Below, piece by piece: positions 12,410 through 25,400 of a DNA stretch of 64,000 nucleotides. Made by a program: the position numbers and the translations under genes. The stretch lies in the NCBI RefSeq assembly GCF_004010195.1, contig NC_057718.1:33689851-33753850 (forward strand), written 5' to 3'. Below the pieces are notes generated by a model that made no database searches, was not told the origin of the DNA, and saw only the letters and a program-made list of their open reading frames with translations. Every line of letters starts with the position of its first letter. Position 1 is the first letter of the stretch. The DNA is from Chiloscyllium plagiosum (taxonomy: Eukaryota).

Positions 12410-12680
12410 CTGATTGCTGTGATCTCTGTGGAAACAATTCCCATTTCTCCTCACCTGCGTCCAAATTTTTACTTAGTAGATAGCAATTGTGTTGGCTTTA
12501 ACCCTAACCTTGACTGACATTTTCCACTCTTGTCCCATCCCCACCAACTCATTAAAGTTGGGACCCTGATGTCATCGATGTTACAATGTTTTAACTTGAC
12601 AGAGATCAGTTAATTCAGCACAAACTGGAATTTAATCTGATACTTTCCTAGTTAGTTTTATGCTTAACTACAATATGTAT
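12410..12680 (-). mobile_element. Ancient LF-SINE-like element (tentative)
   Basis: Minus strand 'ctaggaaagtatcagattaaattccagtttgtgctgaattaactgatctc ... ggaaaatgtcagtcaagg ... tggacgcaggtgaggag' resembles the recalled LF-SINE consensus. Highly diverged. Confidence 0.45.
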
Positions 12681-13219
12681 TCTCCAAATTCATTGTCATT
12701 TTAATGCATGCAGGGGCAGCAATTACATGAGAATTTAGTGTTGGTATTTTCACACAGTTTCCTTCCTGCTCATATCAAGAGGTTGGAATGGAATTATTTG
12801 TAATTTCCTGGTTCTTTTTGTTTTTCTTAATTGTGTGGTTTATCAAGTACCGATTAGCAAGATAATGACCTTTTTAACCAGAAGCTGCTTCAAATTAAAA
12901 TAGTACAACTGCCTTCATTATAAAGCATAAAGATTCTCATTTGGAAGCAGGTTCAGAAGTAAAGCCATTTTTGGATGACATTTCTGAGACAATAAATTAT
13001 ATTTGACCACATCAAGATTGCACATTGAGAATGGTAATTGAAAAAATCGACTTGGGCAGGATAATTCAATTGCTCGACAAGCTGTTTTAAAAAAAAATGA
13101 AACTGGACAGACAACCTGGCAACAACTTGGCACTGGAAGGGACAATGGCAAACAGTCATGTTAACCCTGCACACTTCACCAGACTGATGCCAGGTGTAGA
13201 GTGGCTGTCCTTTTGAGAA

Positions 13220-15825
13220 TTGGAATAGATTGAACTCGTCCTCTTTAGAATGTAGTAGAATGAGTGGTGACCTTATTGAAACATAGATTCTAATGGGATT
13301 GCCAGGGTCAGTGTGGATAGTTGTTTCCTTTTGTGGTTGAGATTTAGACCAGAGAGCTTAATCTCCAGAATAAGCGGTCACCCATTTAAGATGGAGATGA
13401 AGAGGAATTTCTTCTCTAAATCTATGGAAATCTTTACCACCCAAAATGCATGATCTAAGAATAAAAGTGTTGCATGTTTGAGACAAAGTCAGAGATGCAA
13501 TGAAACCTTCCTTCTAAATGTTGTGAATTGTGGATTTTATTTTTTACAGTGGAGAGGTGTTGAGGCTGGGTCATCAAGTATATTCAAGGCTGTGATAAAC
13601 AATTTTTTTAATCAAGAGAGACTTCAGAGTTATGGAGAAAAGGTAGAAAGTGGAATTGAGAATTATCAAATCAGCCACAAACTTATTGAATGGCTTAGCA
13701 GATATAGTGGGCTGATTGCCCAATTTCTGCTCTTGCGACTTACGGACTGGTGCCAAAATTGGAAGAGCTGTCTCAGACTGGTCAAGCAATATAGAATCAT
13801 AGAGGTATACAGCACAGAAAAAGGTCCTTTGACCCATTGCATCCTTGCCGGTCATAAGCCACCACTAAATTGTTCTAAACCTATTTTCCAGTACTTTGTC
13901 CATAGCCTTGTGATGCCAATGCATATAAATGCACACCTGAATGCTGCTAAAATGCTGAGGGTTTCTGCCTCTACCACACTTGTAGGCAGTGAGTTCAGAT
14001 TACTCCACTCTGGATGCCATGACATGGCTAATGAGGGAAATTGCAGATAGTGTTACACTCAAAGAAAGGGCCAAAAAATTACAGCAGACTTTAGGATTAG
14101 GAACACTTTAGATTCCAGCAAAAGACAAATGGATTGGTTATGAGAGAGAAAATAGAGCGGGAATAGGTTTGTGTGGACATATGAATTTTATTATAGATAT
14201 GTAGATATGTGAGGAAGAAAGATTAGTAATTCAAATGTAGGTCACTTAGAATCAGAAACAGAGGAAGTTACAATGGGGAACAAAGGGATACCAGCTCAAA
14301 TACATGCATACTGTGGTTCTGTCTTCACAAAGGAGGACATAAATAACATTCCAGAATGTTTGGGTAACCAGAATCTTGAGTGTGAGGAACTGAATGCAAT
14401 CGGAGTAGGGAAATGGTTTTGAGAAGTTGAATGGACTAAAAGCTGATATCTACATCCAGAGTACTTGACAAAGTTGTCTTGGAAATGCATTGGTGGTCAT
14501 CTTTCAAGATCCTATGGAATCTGAAACAGTTCCTTTGGATTGGAGGGTAGCTGATGTTCTCCCACTAGAGAGAAAACAGGTGACTACAGACCAGTTTGCC
14601 TGACATCAGTCGGAGGGAAAATGCAGAAGTCCATTATAAAAGGTTTAATAGCGGAGCACTTGGAAACAGTGACAAGATTGGACAGGGTCAGCATGGATTT
14701 GTGAAAGGGAAATTGTGCTTGACAAATCTACTGGAATTTGAGGATGAAATTAGTAGAGTTGATACAGAGACAGTGGATGTTACTCTGACTGTCAGAAGGC
14801 TTTTCAATAAGGTCGCACATAAGACTATGTACAATTAAAGCGCAGGAGATTAGGACTAGTATACTAATGTGGATAGAGAACTGTTGGCAGACAGGAAGTA
14901 ACAAGTTGGAATGAATGGGCCATTTTCTGAGTGGCAGCTAGTGACCAGTGGGGCATCCCAAGGATTAATACTGGGATCCTAGCTATTCATAATATATAAA
15001 TGATTTGGATGAGGAAATGAAATGTCATGTCTTCAATACATGCAAAGTTAGGTGGGAGGGTGAATTTTGAGGAGACTGCAATGCTGCTTTAATATGATTT
15101 GAGCAACTTGATTGAGTGGGTAAATGCATGGCAGAGGACATATAAATGGGTAGACATTAGTAAACCTTGATAGCAGTAAGGCAGATTATTATCTGAATGA
15201 CAATGGATGGATAGAAAAAAAGGGAGGTGCAATGAGACTTCGATGTCCTGGTACACCAGTTGCTGAAAGTAAGTATTGAGATACAACAAACAATAAGACA
15301 GCAAATGGTATGTTGGCCTACATAGTAAGAGGATTTGAGCAGGGTTCTCTTGCTGAGACCACATCTGAAGTATTGTGTGCAATTTTGGTTTCCTTATCTG
15401 AGAAGTCTGTTCTGGCTATGGAGGAAGTGCAGCAAATGTTTACCAGTCAGATTCCTGGATTGTAGGACTAACGTATGAACAAAGAGTGGATCAATGAGGA
15501 CTGGATTCACTGGAGTTTAGAAGGATGAGAGAGAATCTTGGGAAACATGAAATTCTAACAGTACTGGAAAGAGTAAATGCAGGAAGGAGGTTGCTGATGA
15601 TCAGAAGTCCTGAACCAGGGTTTAGGATAGGCAATTTAGGATTGAGGTGAGGAAAAATGCAGTGGTGAGCTTGTGGAATTCTCTTCCACAGAAAGTGGTT
15701 GAAACCAAAATTTGGAATGTTTTCAAGAAGGGATTAGATATGGGGCAAAAGTGAGAATAGGGTACTGAGTTGGATGATCAGCCATGATGTTGAATGTCCT
15801 GCTCATGCTTCTATTTTCAATATTT
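13220..15825 (+). mobile_element. Cluster of decayed CR1 fragments (mostly +; a minus 3' end at ~13790-14010)
   Basis: GQHGFVKGKLCLTNLLEF (ORF 14596-14838), SG(H)PKD/LGS-type RT remnants and repeated CR1 3' UTR motifs. Confidence 0.75.
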
Positions 15826-16136
15826 CTAATATTGCTCAAACACGATCTGCAACCTGATGGCCTGACATATCCCCACTTTACCATCAAGACAGGGGATCTG
15901 CCACCATACCCAGGTTGGGTGGCCAATTTGCATGTCTGACTGCTACCGGTGAGGCCGGGCGGTGGGATCCTACTTTGGTTGGCCTCTGTCGACCTTCACC
16001 TTCATTGTGCCTTGTGGTTTCCTGAGATGGATAACACCAGCTATTGTGAGGGAAAATTTGGAAGGAACTAGTTGTTAGATGGTTTGATTAGTCTTTTGCC
16101 CCATATCAAGGTCAGACGACTGATTTGCACATCCAC

Positions 16137-16478
16137 GGGTGGCACGTTGGCTCAGTGGTTAGCACTGCTGCCCCATAGTGCCAGAGACCTGGGTTTGATT
16201 CCACCCACAGGTGACTGTGGAGTTTGCACATTATGTGTGTCTGTGTGGGTTTCCTCTAAATGCTCGGGTTTCCCCTCTCTGTCCAGAGATGTACAGGTTA
16301 GGTGCACTGGCAATGCTAAATTGACCATAGTGTCTAGGGATGTGCAGGCTAGGTGGATTAGCTATGGAAAATGCAGGGTTACAGGGATTGGGTGGGTCTG
16401 GGCGGGATGGTCTTTGGAGGGTGGGTGTGGCAGCAATGGGCCAAATGGTCTATTTCCACATTGTAGGGATTCTATGAA
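16137..16478 (+). mobile_element. HE1-type SINE, full length
   Basis: A-box/B-box-like head (tggctcagtggttagcactg...gggtttgattcc), V-domain, and tail ...ttccacattgtagggattctatga. Confidence 0.85.
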
Positions 16479-16479
16479 T

Positions 16480-17660
16480 CTTAGTTCAATGAAGAGTGCA
16501 GAAGGGCATGCCATGAACAGCACCAGGCATCTCTAAAAGTGAGAAGTCAACCTGGTGAAGCTACAAAATAGGACTATTTGTGTGTGAAGCAGCATAAGAG
16601 CTAAGTGATAGACAGAGCCATGTGATTCCACAACCAATGGATCAGATCTAAGCCCAGCAGTCCTGCCACATTATTTTGTTAAATAACCCCTGGGGGAGGA
16701 GTGTTGACAGGCATCCTTATCGTCAATGATAGGGGAGCCAGCACATCAGTGCAAAAAAAAAGCCTGAAGCATTCGCAGTACTCTTCAGCCAGAAATGCTG
16801 AGTAGAAGGTCCACCTTCGCCATCTCCCGAGATCTCCAACTTCACTGATGGCAATCTTCAGCCAATATGATTCTCATCATGTGGTATGAAGAAATGGTTG
16901 GAGGCATTGGATGCTGCAAAGGCTGTGGGCTCTGACAGCATTCTAGCAATACTACTGAAGACGTACGCTCCAGAACTTATTGCATCTCTTGCCAAACTGT
17001 TGCAGTATAGCTACGACACTGGCATCCACCAGTCAATATTAAAAATTGCCCATGTATGTCATGCAGGCCAAATCTAACCTATACAATAACAACCTCAACA
17101 GTTTCTTCTTGATCATTTGTAAACTGATGGAAGGTAGTTATCAACAATGCTGTCAAGTAGCATCTGCTCAGCAATAACCTGTTCACTGACACCCAGTTTG
17201 GGTTCCTTCAGGGCCACTGTCTCCTGACCTTATTATAGCCTTACTTTGAACACTGACCTGTATTCCAGGGGTGAGAGTGACTACCCTTGATATCAAGGCT
17301 GCCTTTGACTGATTATGGCATCAAGGAACCTTTGCAAAACTGGACATCAGTTGGAATTTGGAATACTGTCTGGTTGAAGCCCTAGCTGGTACAAAAGGGA
17401 GATATTTGTATTTGTTGGCTAAAGGCATCTAAGCTCCAAGGATATGTGGAAACACCACTACCTGCAATTTGCCTCCAAGTCACTCGTTTCTTCAGTATTG
17501 CTGTGTTAAAATTCTGGAACTCCCTTGGGGCATTGTGGGTCTGTCTACAGCTTTTGGACATCGTGATTCAAGAAGACAGCTTGTCACCACCTTAAAGGAT
17601 GACTGGAGATGAGCAATAAATGCTGACCCAGTCAGCAACACTGGCCATTCCATGGGCAAA
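16480..17660 (+). mobile_element. CR1/L2-group LINE remnant (second lineage)
   Basis: LDAAKAVGSDSILAILLKTYAPELIASLAKLLQYSYDTGI (ORF 16886-17077), QFGF, LDIKAAFD; 3' end 'agcaataaatgctgacccagtcagc'. Confidence 0.7.
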
Positions 17661-17825
17661 TTTAAAGGAGTTAAATTATATGACAATTACTTAATGTTTT
17701 GCACAGAAACTGACAACTTGTATTCCATTCTCCCGAATGGAGATTTTCAGAATAAAATGACCATGTTATGCACTAAATATGTTTTAAATAAAACATAATT
17801 TCTGACTTTTTCTCTTGTAATATAG

Positions 17826-17935
17826 GTTGGAGAAATTGGAGAGTATTTTAAATGTCAGCTTCTACAATCCAGACATAGAGGTGCATTTGAATTAGCATAC
17901 GTTGGATTTGTAAAACTCACTGAAAGACTTACCAG
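17826..17935 (+). CDS. THADA: THADA internal coding exon (window exon 2)
   Basis: tatag|GTT...ACCAG|gtaaag. Encodes VGEIGEYFKCQLLQSRHRGAFELAYVGFVKLTERLT, with the conserved THADA/Trm732 RHRGAF motif. 110 nt, phase 0 to 2. Not in the ORF track. Confidence 0.96.
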
Positions 17936-18744
17936 GTAAAGTGCAGTTAGACCAAGTGTTTTTCTTCTGATTCAATACTTTCCTTTCTATGTAAATGAAC
18001 AGTTAAGACAGTTTGTTTGCTGTGCTGTCAGCTGATTACATTTTGTAAATGATGAAATTCTTTACAAACTTTTTACGTTACAGATGTGTGTTGGGAGAAC
18101 GTGTTAATTGCACCTCTCTTCTGAATTAACTTTGGTAAAGAAGTGCATATAAACTGGTGACATTTTCGCTGGATAACACATACAAACTTTTCATTTTAAT
18201 GATTTTTAATCTTGCTTGATGGGATGAGTAGAATGAGGCGGGGGGGGGGGGGGTTTAAAATTGCAGTTGGACACTTTGCTTAACACCGTTGAAACATTCC
18301 TCTTCAACCCACTTTGCTGCTATTTCAACTCCTGAATGTTGTGGAACATTGTGGTTGACTATCATAGGCAAACTGAGACCAATTATTAGTATGCAAATGT
18401 ATGAGCACCAACCATTTCATTCTGGCTTCTGTAATTATTGAGCCATAGGGCAGTGATTCATATTGGTGAAGTTGCCAGGACAAGTTGCTGCAAACACAAT
18501 ACACTGCCTGCCAAATCCAGTAAAAGATTCCTAAATCCAGTAAAAGATTCCTTCCACATTTTAAGGATTTTCGTGTGGTCAGGGAAGAACAGAAGTTCTG
18601 CAGATCCCTGAAGGAAATTTTGGATCTCTCTTGAGAGGGAGATAAAATTGCCTGAATCTTCCTTAGGTGCTCTGGTAAGAATTTTATTTTTGCTATCTAC
18701 AGATGCTAGATCCACACCAGGTTAAAATGGAGCTGCAGCAGAGA

Positions 18745-19570
18745 AACATGTTGTCATGTTTTCCCTATAACCCTTGATTCCCTGACTGATTCAAAAGGCT
18801 ACCTCAGCCTTGAATATACTTAATGACCCAGCCTCAACAGACCTCTGTAGTAAAGAATTCCACAGATTTACAACCCTCTGAAAGAAGAAATTCCTCCTCA
18901 TCTCTGTCTTAAATGTGCAACCCCTTTTTCTGAGATTATGCCCTCTGGTTCTAGATTCTCCCAGAAAGGAAACCTTTCCACATCTGCACTGAAATCCTCT
19001 AAGAACTTGTACGTTTTGATAAAATTGCCTCTCACTCTTCATCATAGAGTCATAGAGATGTACAGCATGGACCCTTCGGCCCAACCCGTCCATGCCGACC
19101 AGGTATCCCAACCCAATCTAGTCCCACCTGCCAGCACCCGGCCCATATCCCTCCAAACCCTTCCTATTCATATACCCAAAACAGGCCCAGCCTGTTCAGA
19201 CTCTCCCTTAGCTCCACATTACAATGAATATAGGCCCAATCTATTGGACTACCCAATTACTCAAGACAGTTCTTCCATATCTGGTATCAGCTGGATGAAT
19301 CTTCTATCTTCTCTGGACTGCTTCCAATACCAGTACATCTTTCCTTTGATAATTGGCCCAGAACTGTTTACAGCATTACTCCTGTGGTCTGACAAGTTTT
19401 CAGCAAGGCCTTTCACAAGGTTCCATGTGGGAAGCTGATAAAGAAGATAAAAGCTCTTGGGGTCCAGCGTAACTTGGCAAGTTGGATCTGAAACAGTATG
19501 GTGGAAGGTTACTTGTGTGACTGGAGTCTGGTATGCAATGGTATATCATTGAGATTAGTGATGGCTTTGT
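18745..19570 (-). mobile_element. Nested CR1 3' fragments (mostly minus)
   Basis: ESRTRGHNLRKRG..FKTEMRRNFFFQRVVNLWNSL (ORF 18791-19111), with a younger CR1 tail (catagagt)n inserted at ~19040-19155. Confidence 0.75.
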
Positions 19571-20057
19571 GCAGCTTTCATGCAGTCCATGTGTTTGCTC
19601 GGTACTATCGCACCTACCCAAACGTTTTTCATCCCTGGACCTGACCTCTTACCTATGCAGGGTTGATTCTATGATTCCCACACCAAACTTCGTCCCCTGC
19701 TTAGTCTTGTGTCTGGCTTGTGCATTCCTGATGCTGTTTCACCATACATGCACACCGTTACTCCTAAGTGCACATCTGCTGGCGCAACCCTAGAGGCTAA
19801 TGAGGGATAGTCCTATATTCAAATAGAATCCGGGACAGTTTGGTATCTTGTGAAGCTGTAAGGTGTTTCTTTAAACCTGCCTTCAAAGTTTGGACTGTTC
19901 TTTCTGCTACACCATTGGATGATGGATGATATGGAACTGTCCTTGTATGTCAAATACCATTCAACTTTAGGAAATACTCACATTCCCTGCTGGTAATCGA
20001 TGACACTTTATCTGTAACCAACACGTTCCCAGTCAATGCATGGTCCTCCTTTCTTTC

Positions 20058-20358
20058 AGGGTGGTATAGTAGTTCAGTGGTTAGCACTGCTGCCTCACAG
20101 CACTTCAATTCCAGCCTTGGGTGACTGTCTGTGTGGAGTTTGCACACTTTCCTTCTGTCTCCTGATTCCTCCCACAGTCCAAAGATGTGCAGGCCTGGTC
20201 ATGCTAAATTGTCCATAGTATCCAAGGATGTACAGGCTAGGTGGGTTAGCCATGGAAAATATGGGGTTACAGCAATAGGTTAGGGGGTGAGTCTGGGCGG
20301 TGTGCTGTTTGGAGGGTCTTTGTGGATTAGATGGGCTACATGGTCAACTTTCTCACTC
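20058..20358 (+). mobile_element. HE1-type SINE inserted in the Gypsy remnant
   Basis: cagtggttagcactgctgcctcacagc head, gtgtggagtttgcac V-domain, CR1-like tail. Confidence 0.8.
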
Positions 20359-22113
20359 TCAGAATTTGATAATTCTGTGACTGTTTCCAGGAGGCCTTGT
20401 ATTGTAAACGATGTGCACGATTTTTCTATCGTCACCCCTTATGTTTGACGAATGAACTTTATGCACGTCCAGCCAGTATGAGTTGGCATTCACAATGTTG
20501 AAGGACATTGAGCCCACGGAAGAACCTGTGTAGTAGATGTGTAACAAAGTCCAGAGTTTATCCAGCCATTTCCACGAATGTGGGTGAACTGCTGGTGATA
20601 ATGTTTGTTCTTGTTGGCATTCTGGGCACTACCCGATCCATGTGGCTATGTCTGCATCCAATCCCAGCCACCAGACATAGCTTCTTGCCAGCATCTTCAT
20701 TTTGGAAACCCCTGGTGACCCTGGTGGAGTTCAGAATATCTGAAGGCGGCCTTTGCTCAGGACAATCCCTCTTGCTCCCCATATTAATATGCCATCCTTT
20801 ACGGTGATCTGGTCTCTCCATGTCCAAAGAGGTTTCAGTTCCGGTTGTGAAATTGCTTTGGTTTCCCCCATCATTACCAGCTGTTTCAGTTTGGGCAGAA
20901 CTGGCTCTTTTTGCATAGAAAGTTTGATATTGTTAGCTGTGACTGGAAGTGTGTCCAGAAAATTGCAATTCTGTACTCTTCCAGTGGTGGTACCACCAAT
21001 GGTGTATCTGCCAGTGGGAGGTGGCTCAATGTGTCCAAATTTGCTACTTTGCCTGCCTGATAATGTTCCAACTTGTAATCATATGTACTTAGTATTAGAA
21101 CCTACTGTTGAACTTGGTCTGAAGCTATTGGTGGCACTGCCTTGTCATCTTGAAGTAGACCTAGTACGGCTATGTGGGCTGTTATTATTACAAATGTACA
21201 TCTGTTAAAGGTATTGGTGGAACTTCTGGACTCCCAATATGACCATCAAACTTTCCTTCTATATCTGGGCTTATTTTTGCCCTTCATTAACCAAAATCCT
21301 GGATGCAAATACTATTGGGCATTCCTCTCTATGGGCCACTTATGAACTAATATGACTCTGATACAGCACGGGAGGCATTACCCAATCTTGCTTGGGATCT
21401 TCGTGTGCTAGCACCTTAGAGAATGATAGCTGTTTTTTCACTTCCTTGAAAGCTACGACTTGGCTACATAATCATTTCCAAGGCTGATCCTTTTTTAAGA
21501 CTGATGCAATGGTGCAAGGATGGAGACCAGATTAAATATGAACTTTCTGTAAAAGATCAGCAGTCCACGGAAAGACCTAAGTTCTGCTACAGCTGTGGGA
21601 GCCAGGACGGCTTTGACACCCCCCCCCCCCAAATTTTATCTTCCAACAGGTGTAACCTGGTCTGTAGCCCAAGTAGGTCACATTTGGCCTTGAAGGCATA
21701 TGCTGCTTGGGAAAAATGTCTAAGGACTAGTCCAAGTTCTCTAAATGCTCCTTATTTGTCTTCCCTGTTATTAGCACATTATCTACATAAATGGCAATCA
21801 AGGATAGATCTTGTAAAGTGATCTCAATTGTCAACTGAAAAATTGCACAGGCTGACAATACCCTAAATGGCAGTCTTGTCTCTTAGATATTAATTATAAC
21901 ATAAATCTGGGAATCGTCTAACTGCAGTTGAAAGTACACATGGCTCAAGTTCAGCTTCTTGAAGAACAGCTCCTCCTCCTCTTCCCTCCCCCCCACCCCC
22001 GCCGTGCCCCCAACCCGGCTTTGCATATTTATTCAGCTTCGAAAAGCAGTTTACTATTCGTTTAAAACACCCAGAAAGGTGAATCAGCATGACCAATGCT
22101 GCCATTGTGCAAA

Positions 22114-22230
22114 CTAAAGAAGGGTTACACGCGAAATGTTGACTTCTCCACCTCCTGGTGCTGCCTGCTGTGTTCTTCCAGCCTCCTGCTTATCTGTCTT
22201 GGAATCCAGCATCTTCAGTTTTTTGTCTCA
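22114..22230 (+). mobile_element. Penelope-like mini-element (family C) with degenerate hammerhead core
   Basis: Starts CTAAAGA-A-GGGT tac ACGC-GAAA-TGTT, then tgctgcctgctgtgttcttccagc...tccagcatcttcagt, the body shared with the other copies. Confidence 0.55.
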
Positions 22231-22299
22231 TACTGCAAATTGGACTGGATTGCTGATTCTTATGCTTTCCAGCCTTCTGATGTCTGCCTCTACTTTATC

Positions 22300-22480
22300 C
22301 TGGAAAAGCGCAGCAGGTCAGGAAGTATCCAAGGAACAGGAGAATCGACGTTTCGGGCATAAGCCCTTCTTCCCGAAACGCCGATTCTCCTGTTCCTTGG
22401 ATGCTGCCTGACCTGCTGCGCTTTTCCAGCAACACATTTTCAGCTCTGATCTCCAGCATCTGCAGTCCTCATTTTCTCCT
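22300..22480. mobile_element. Palindromic Penelope-like mini-element (family B)
   Basis: 58-bp inverted arms at 22300-22357 / 22372-22429 plus tail ...ccagcatctgcagtcctcattttctcc. Imperfect flanking repeat cctctac(t/a)tt(a/t)tcctg at 22287-22302 / 22478-22493. Confidence 0.7.
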
Positions 22481-25400
22481 CTACATTTTCCTGTAAGGCA
22501 AATGACACTGGTGGGCCTAGCAGAATCGTGGAATTGATTTCTGTTCAACATGCAAGGTGGCTTTGGATTCTTTGATAGTCCTTTGACCTTTCTGAAAAAC
22601 TTCTGGGTATTTAATTACGACTTCATTCAGGCAGCATTTTTCTAACCGAAAAATGTTTAGCCATTCCAGGTGAATCATTCTTAACCAATTTCACCACATC
22701 AAGCTTGAGCCCAAGTCTTTTATAACTCTCTGTGGTAACTGATCCAGCTGCTTCTCATAAGAGATCGGAACTAAAGTTGTACTCTTAATCTGTAAGTGTT
22801 CCCCAATATAGATTCTCAGTCTAGCCAAGGTCTTGCACAAACTTGAGGGTTGGAGCCCAGAGCGAATTGTCTTTAAAGACTGATTCTGTAGTCACGGAAG
22901 TTGCCATGCTGGTATTGACCTCCATTAGAACCGGGTGACCATTTAACTATACGTTTATTTTGATTGGTTCTGATTTGGATATTGCTAAGCAATTTAACTG
23001 GTCCAGACCAGATGTCGATTAACTTTCCAGGGTGTGCGCCCTCCTGAATACCAACCTGTGAGTTCTCCTACTTGATTTAAGTCAAGTGGGGCTCTCGTGC
23101 GGTTTTGAGTCTACCTACAAGCAGCAACTACAATGGTTTGTTCGCCCGGATCCTGAAGAAAATTTTAAATGTTTGGCTGAGGCTTGGCTTTGTTTTGTGG
23201 TTTTGCTGTGGGCTGACCTCGAGTCCCTTTGTTCAGAATATGTCATGAGTGAGGCTATACAATTGCCTTTACTCAAGTGGTGTCCTCCAAGTTCGATCAG
23301 GCTGATGAAGGCGTCCACTTACATTAGAATACCCTGCAACTCATTTGTTTGACTTGCTGCATTTTCTAATGACAAAGTCAATGTTTAAGGTCCAGTTGGA
23401 CATCCACGAGTAGGTGCTTTTGCTTGATTACATAATCCCATATGCCAAGTGGTTACTAAGCATCCCATTAAAGATTAAATCAAAGTCATATGACTCAGCC
23501 AGTTGTCTTAACCTAGTCACAAATCCCGGTATGGATTTGTCTGTTTCTCAAATTGCCGATTGCAACTGGTGGAATTTGACAATTACAGAAGGCATGGGGT
23601 CATAATATTTGTTAACTAAATCCATCAATGGTTTGAAAGCTTACAGTATGTTGTGCCTCAGGGAAAATTAAGCTCCTAATAACCAAAAACGTTGCAGGCC
23701 CCAAACTGTTCAGAGAATTGCTCATTATTTTCATCTGTCCCAGTGTCATTTGCCTGGAAAAAATAATGCATTCTTTCCACATGCTGGGCCCAGTCTTTGG
23801 CAGGATCAAATCAAGCTTGCTAAATAATGGCAGGACGCCAGAAATGTTTACCCCAACTCAATGACAACTGTCTTACGCAAATTTCTTCAGGAGTGTGCTT
23901 TTCTCTCATCACCACTGAGGCTGGTATCTTGTCACTAACTCAGTTTATTTACACATGGAGAGTCCTTGACACTGGTCCAGCTCCCCAGAGCCAACTCTCA
24001 AGTCAACAGAACCTTTGACACTCCTATTCTTATCTGTCAGCCAAAACTCCCTGATTGGACCAGATTAACAGCCCCAGGCAAGGAACTCATATTCCATAAG
24101 GTCCACTGTCTGATCTCATTACAGTCACTACGGCTTCCATTGCTTGACTAAGCAACTGTGCAAACCAATACTTGCAATGGGTGTCACATTACTTGTTTTC
24201 AAAAAGTGCAGAAATCCTTCAACAAGTCTTGGTCTTTAAACCAATGTTTTCCCAGTTCTGTCCAGAATTAAAAACAGAAATTGATGAATTGACATTGCTT
24301 AGTGTTCGCTACTCACTTTGAAAATGGAAACTAGAAAAATGTGGAATTGTTATCAACTTTCCACTGTCCTCCTAAAATTGCATTTCAGAAAGACTGCCTC
24401 TTTTCAAAGGGAGATCACATCTCACTGGTCCTAACGGTAAAGAATAAATTGGGAAATATGGAATGCTTTGTTTGGGAATTACAATGCAATTGCTTGAGAA
24501 GAACAGCCTGCAGACCTTGAATAACTTGTGTATGAAGGCATGTAACATGCTTCAAGCTGGTGTGCAACCTTGTTCAGGTATAATTGGGACTAACTGTGAA
24601 ACATTGTTTCGTTAAAACAAGCTCATGATATATATTCATAAATAAATAAAGTTGGCAGTATCAGAAATGAGCAACTTTGATTAGTCAATCACCCTGTATG
24701 AATCATCGAATTGTTAGGCTGCAGAAGAAGGCCATTTTGTCCAATATGCTTGCACTGATTCTGTTACCTTGTACAAATCTTCTAACTTTTCCCTTATATC
24801 TCTGTACACCATTTGTATCTAAATAACCAATTACCTCTTGAATGCTTTAATTGAATATGTCCAACTGCATTTCAGTAGAATTGTTTTGGGTTTAGCTATC
24901 GTGAACATTACTTCAAGCTCTTGCAATAATCTGTGCCATAGAAAATCTGAAACGTAGTGGAAGATTGACAATAGTGAGGGTGTGGTTAGTCGAGGTATCA
25001 GTTAAAGCATAGATGGCTTCTGCCTTCCAAAGTAAAACCAGAAAGGGCAAAGTATAGATGTTTATGTGCTTACAATATGAGCATGACTATAATGCAGCAA
25101 ATAGGAGATTGAAAAGCCATCAGGCTGCTAAAACACATGAGCAATATTTGAGAAGTATTGCATACGTTATAAGAGTTTTGTTTGGCTCCACCAATTTTGC
25201 TTCGGTTTTCTGTCAGATTATTGATAGATCAGAGAGTCTCCTGATAAACTTCATTCTACATAAATAACTGTGTCATACGGAAGAATTTGATTTTAGTACA
25301 CCCTTTTTCAGTGTATTTGTTTTTTATGCATTAAATAATTTGGTACCAGCAAGGTTCATAAATATTCTTTCATGGGATATGTTCATCACTGACAGCTCCA

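Larger units (their letters stand above)
19600..24135 (-). mobile_element. Degenerate Ty3/Gypsy LTR retrotransposon
   Basis: On the minus strand, in order: LTR-like segment ~23900-24135, gag-like DPAKDWAQHVERMHYFFQAN (~23740-23810), protease-like GHPVLMEVNTS (~22910-22945), RNase H remnants (~21200-21420), integrase-like VKDGILIWGAR and LHI..GS..GSM....V.A.S.WLDV (~20460-20800). Many stops and frameshifts; nested SINE and PLE inserts. Confidence 0.75.

Noticed and set aside
16137..16210. tRNA gene
   Set aside because: The A/B-box-like sequence runs straight into the V-domain and CR1 tail, so it is a SINE head. The same applies to the other HE1 copies.
18240..18253. Poly-G tract (also 35384-35401) as a functional G-quadruplex
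   Set aside because: Simple homopolymers with no supporting context, and their lengths are error-prone.
18513..18552. 20-bp tandem duplication aaatccagtaaaagattcct x2 (similar short ones near 44657 and 57411)
   Set aside because: Two-copy slippage repeats with no spacers; not CRISPR-like or otherwise informative.
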